A stretch of 57,921 bases of DNA from Gemmatimonadaceae bacterium (lineage in GTDB: Bacteria > Gemmatimonadota > Gemmatimonadetes > Gemmatimonadales > Gemmatimonadaceae): contig JBDSSY010000034.1 of the NCBI GenBank assembly GCA_039928585.1, positions 1-57,921 on the forward strand, written 5' to 3'. This document shows positions 55,428 to 57,921 of this stretch, piece after piece. Each line of letters starts with the position of its first letter. The first letter of the stretch is position 1. Below the pieces are notes generated by a model. It was not told where the DNA came from and made no database searches. It was given only the letters and a program-made list of their open reading frames with translations. The position numbers and the translations under genes were made by a program.

Positions 55428-56750
55428 ATGAAGAGACTGATGACTCTCTCCGTTTGCGTGCGCCGCGCGCCACGCCTGCTCGCCGCGGCGCTGCTCGTGC
55501 TGGCGTTCGCCGCCTGTTCCAACCTTCTCGAGGTGACCAACCCGAACAACGTCAACGAGGATGCACTCGACAACCCTGCGGCCGCGGGATCGCTGACGAA
55601 TGGCGCGCTGGCATCGACCGTTCGCATGCTCTCGGCGGTGACGGTTCCCTATTCCGTGGCGACCGACGAGCTGGACTGGATCGGCTCGCGTGACGCATGG
55701 TTCGACCTCGAAACCGGCGGGATCGCGAACTTCCTCAACGAATTCACCGACGCCGCATTTCCCTTCGTCGGTGAATCACGCTACCTCGGCGATCTCACGA
55801 TTCTGAAGCTCGAGAAGTTCAAGGCCGACGGTACGCTCATTGACAAGCTCCAGCTGGCCCGGGCGTACCTGTACACGGCGATCGTTTACGCCACCATCGC
55901 CGACATGTACGACGATTACGCCTTCTCGGATAAGCGCGACAAGGCCGCTCCCATCGGACGCGCCAACATGGGGACGCTCTACGACAAGTCCGTCGGGTAC
56001 CTCGACAAGGCGCAGGTGCTCGCTGCGGCGGGCTCCGACAATGCGCTCAAGTTCAACGTGGTCGCCTATCGCGCACGCGTGAAGCACGCGAAGGCGGTGT
56101 GGACCCGGATCACGCCCAAGGGCCAGACGCCGTCGAACCCGTTCGTCAGCGACGCCGGCGCCAATAGCGACGCGGCCGCTGCGATCGCGCTCGGCTCGCC
56201 CGACCAGAAGTTCACGCTCGTGAGCAATCTCGAATCCACGGCGGGCACCAACATCTGGTTCGAGGTGAACGGGCGCAACGAGCACCGCGTCGGCAGCGTG
56301 TATTCCAACCTGATCGATCCTGTATCAGGAGCGAAGGATGCAACGGCCATCGCACTGCTCGCGCAGTTCAAGGCCTTCGGTGTACAATCCGGCGTGTTCA
56401 CCCTCACGAGTGTGCGGGAGCTTCGGCTCATCCTGGCCGAGGCCGCGCTGGCCGGTGGCAACCCCGTCGAGTTCCGCTCGCAGATCAATGCAGTGCGTGC
56501 GTTCGATGCCAAGCCCGACTTTGTCGCCCAGGTCGCCGACGACGTCATCCTCAAGCACGAGCGGCAGGCGCAGCTCTGGCTGATGCGGCGGCGACTCAGC
56601 GACATGTACCGCTTCGCGCAGAAGGATGCGAAGTGGGCGAACAACCCGAACTTCGAATCGGCGTTCAGCACCCCCGGACTGCTCTTCCCCATCCCGAACG
56701 TCGAGCGGCTCGGTAACCCGTGCATCAAGGATCCAACGCTGTGCAAGTAG
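55428..56750 (+). CDS. SusD/RagB family nutrient-binding outer membrane lipoprotein
   Basis: 440 aa, starting 2 nt after susC-like. The lipobox is LVLAFAACSN. NPNN....AL follows immediately, as in SusD-like proteins, and the body is helical/TPR-like. Confidence 0.85.
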   Translation: MKRLMTLSVCVRRAPRLLAAALLVLAFAACSNLLEVTNPNNVNEDALDNPAAAGSLTNGALASTVRMLSAVTVPYSVATDELDWIGSRDAWFDLETGGIANFLNEFTDAAFPFVGESRYLGDLTILKLEKFKADGTLIDKLQLARAYLYTAIVYATIADMYDDYAFSDKRDKAAPIGRANMGTLYDKSVGYLDKAQVLAAAGSDNALKFNVVAYRARVKHAKAVWTRITPKGQTPSNPFVSDAGANSDAAAAIALGSPDQKFTLVSNLESTAGTNIWFEVNGRNEHRVGSVYSNLIDPVSGAKDATAIALLAQFKAFGVQSGVFTLTSVRELRLILAEAALAGGNPVEFRSQINAVRAFDAKPDFVAQVADDVILKHERQAQLWLMRRRLSDMYRFAQKDAKWANNPNFESAFSTPGLLFPIPNVERLGNPCIKDPTLCK

Positions 56751-56779
56751 TTCTGCCCATGGTCGCGTGAATGGCAGAG

Positions 56780-56817
56780 GGCCGGTCCGCTCGCAACTTC
56801 GAGCGGGCCGGCCTTTA
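56780..56817 (+). terminator. rho-independent terminator-like hairpin after the SusD-like gene
   Basis: The stem GGCCGGTCCGCTCG / CGAGCGGGCCGGCC is 14 bp with one G-U pair. The loop is CAACTT, followed by TTTA. Confidence 0.65.
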
Positions 56818-56842
56818 CCGTTCACCGCTTTTGGTGGTCAGG

Positions 56843-56906
56843 TTTTGCGTTTACGGTTCACCGTTCACGGTTCACCGCTCACCGTCTTGAGTTCACCGTT
56901 CACCGA
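56843..56906 (+). repeat. second copy of the leader motif TTTTGCGTTTAC-(GGTTCAC/CGTTCAC)n upstream of a lipoprotein gene
   Basis: TTTTGCGTTTACGGTTCACCGTTCACGGTTCACCGCTCACCG..GTTCACCGTTCACCG. The first 33 nt match the 43963 copy at 29/33 positions by my reading. The ATG is at 56917. One extra CGTTCAC lies at 56819-56825. Confidence 0.85.
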
Positions 56907-56916
56907 AGTGCCTGGC

Positions 56917-57384
56917 ATGATGATCCGTGCTCGACGGACCGCCGTCCTCGCTTGTGCGACAGCGCTCTCGCTCCAGATGGCGTGCTACAACTATCGGCCC
57001 GTCACGCAACCGCTCGTGCCAGCGGGCCAGCGGCTGCGCGTGAACCTGAGCCCCGAGGGAACGACCGAGCTCGCGAAGTATCTCGGTCCGCGGGTCGAGC
57101 AGGTGGAGGGCACGCTCGTGACCGTGCAGCCGGACGGCACGATGTCCGTCGCCGTGGAATGGGTGCAGACGCCGGGCGGTGTGCGCCAGCCATGGATGGG
57201 CGAAGGCGGCGTCGCGATTCCCGCCACCTACATCCAGAGCGTGCAGCAGCACACCCTCAACCGTACCGGCAGCGTCCTCGCGGCCCTCGGAATCACCGGC
57301 GGCCTGGTGGCGCTCGCCGTCGTCGCGCTTAAATCTGGCGGGTCGCAGGGCGGCGGCGACGGACCTGGCGGGCCAACCCCCTGA
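56917..57384 (+). CDS. hypothetical lipoprotein with a C-terminal TM/Gly-rich tail
   Basis: This is the C-terminal part of track ORF 56626..57384, starting at MMIRARRTAVLACATALSLQMAC (lipobox-like). The C-terminus is VLAALGITGGLVALAVVAL followed by a GGxGG tail. Confidence 0.62.
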   Translation: MMIRARRTAVLACATALSLQMACYNYRPVTQPLVPAGQRLRVNLSPEGTTELAKYLGPRVEQVEGTLVTVQPDGTMSVAVEWVQTPGGVRQPWMGEGGVAIPATYIQSVQQHTLNRTGSVLAALGITGGLVALAVVALKSGGSQGGGDGPGGPTP

Positions 57385-57417
57385 TTCGCCCTCCGCGGCG
57401 ACGCGCGATCGTGCTGG

Positions 57418-57921
57418 TCAGGTCACAAGCTTCGGCTTGACCGTTCGCACGATGACGCCGTTCACCCCTCCGTCCTGCAGCAGCTTGTTGAACGCCGGGA
57501 TCTCCTGACGCTCGAGCGCCTCGATGCGCCCCAGCACCGCCGACCAGAGACGCTCCAACTCGGCAAAGCGCTCGCGAGACGGCTGGCTGACGACGTGATT
57601 CCCCTCCACGGCGGACAGCAGGAACGCATACTGCGCGTTCAGCCCGTTGCGGTAGTTGATGACGTCCTGCCCATTGGCTGCCTTCGTCGACAGTTGCGGC
57701 TCGAGCAGCTCCACCACGCCGACGATTTCCTTCCCCTTCGCCGCGATGGCGCCGCCGCTCGGCACATCCTTGGTGCGATCGAGAAAGCTCGCCACCTGGG
57801 CCTTCGTGTCGCGCAACCGGATCAGCGCGTCGTGAATGGCGCCGACGCGCGCGTTGATGGTGCGCGCGAGTGAATCCCGTGCGGCGATCTCCGCCGCAGG
57901 CGCCGTGATGCGCGGATCCTG
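57418..57921 (-). CDS. 3' end of a partial CDS; the C-terminal region resembles large BNR/sortilin(VPS10)-repeat glycosyl-hydrolase-like proteins (tentative)
   Basis: The frame of ORF 57418..57816(-) stays open to the window edge (QDPRITAPAAEIAARDSLARTINARVGAIHDALIRLRDTK...). The tail ..INYRNGLNAQYAFLLSAVEG....ERFAELERLW.....IEALE.QEIPAFNKLL resembles my recollection of that family's C-terminus. Confidence 0.6.
   Translation of the reverse strand, partial: QDPRITAPAAEIAARDSLARTINARVGAIHDALIRLRDTKAQVASFLDRTKDVPSGGAIAAKGKEIVGVVELLEPQLSTKAANGQDVINYRNGLNAQYAFLLSAVEGNHVVSQPSRERFAELERLWSAVLGRIEALERQEIPAFNKLLQDGGVNGVIVRTVKPKLVT

Noticed and set aside
1-57921. tRNA, rRNA, tmRNA, integrase, transposase, toxin-antitoxin or known defence-system genes
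   Set aside because: None is recognisable in the intergenic regions or the ORF translations. Every intergenic gap longer than 100 bp was read, and each contains only the repeats or palindromes reported above.

Overview
This is a GC-rich, densely coding bacterial chromosomal segment (roughly two-thirds G+C by eye, not computed). I call about 47 protein-coding genes. I recognise no rRNA, tRNA, CRISPR array, transposase, integrase or phage gene. All family calls come from motifs read in the supplied translations; no search was run.

Lineage (inference only): the gene content in a high-GC background suggests Gemmatimonadota or a related FCB-group lineage. That content is a SusC/SusD pair, several CarboxypepD_reg-like secreted proteins, a GMC / Gfo-Idh-MocA / DUF1080 / TIM-barrel sugar-oxidation set, and many Tat or lipoprotein signals.

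Main blocks:
- 251-5434 (-): a five-gene translationally coupled oxidoreductase operon ending in cutC.
- 5510-8808: a PLP aminotransferase whose stop overlaps the start of an orphan HAMP histidine kinase.
- 10752-13449: a DUF969-DUF979-DUF2891 membrane operon.
- 14744-16879, 38823-40559 and 44461-45990: S9 peptidase, gamma-glutamyltransferase and M28 peptidase.
- 17828-26113: a 2761-aa cyclic beta-1,2-glucan synthase-like gene.
- 26183-32526: xfp-ackA chained by ATGA overlaps to a secreted DUF1028 protein and a beta-lactamase-fold hydrolase.
- 33347-35286: a small-ORF/GAF/DUF2235 module.
- 40751-44420: a cluster of CarboxypepD_reg / plug-only proteins.
- 52093-56750: a SusC/SusD pair.

I do not see a clear defence island or mobile element, and most of the window looks like ordinary core chromosome. 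The signals that gene annotation does not explain are:
1. A family of roughly 190-215 bp long-palindrome intergenic elements at gene 3' ends (two full copies in opposite orientation plus a solo arm).
2. A conserved TTTTGCGTT-(GGTTCAC)n heptad motif directly upstream of, and in frame with, two unrelated small lipoprotein genes.
3. A 5'-truncated DinB-family remnant next to a lower-GC patch that carries a small acidic ORF.
4. A lipoprotein whose sequence and four-Cys pattern resemble the endostatin / C-type-lectin fold.
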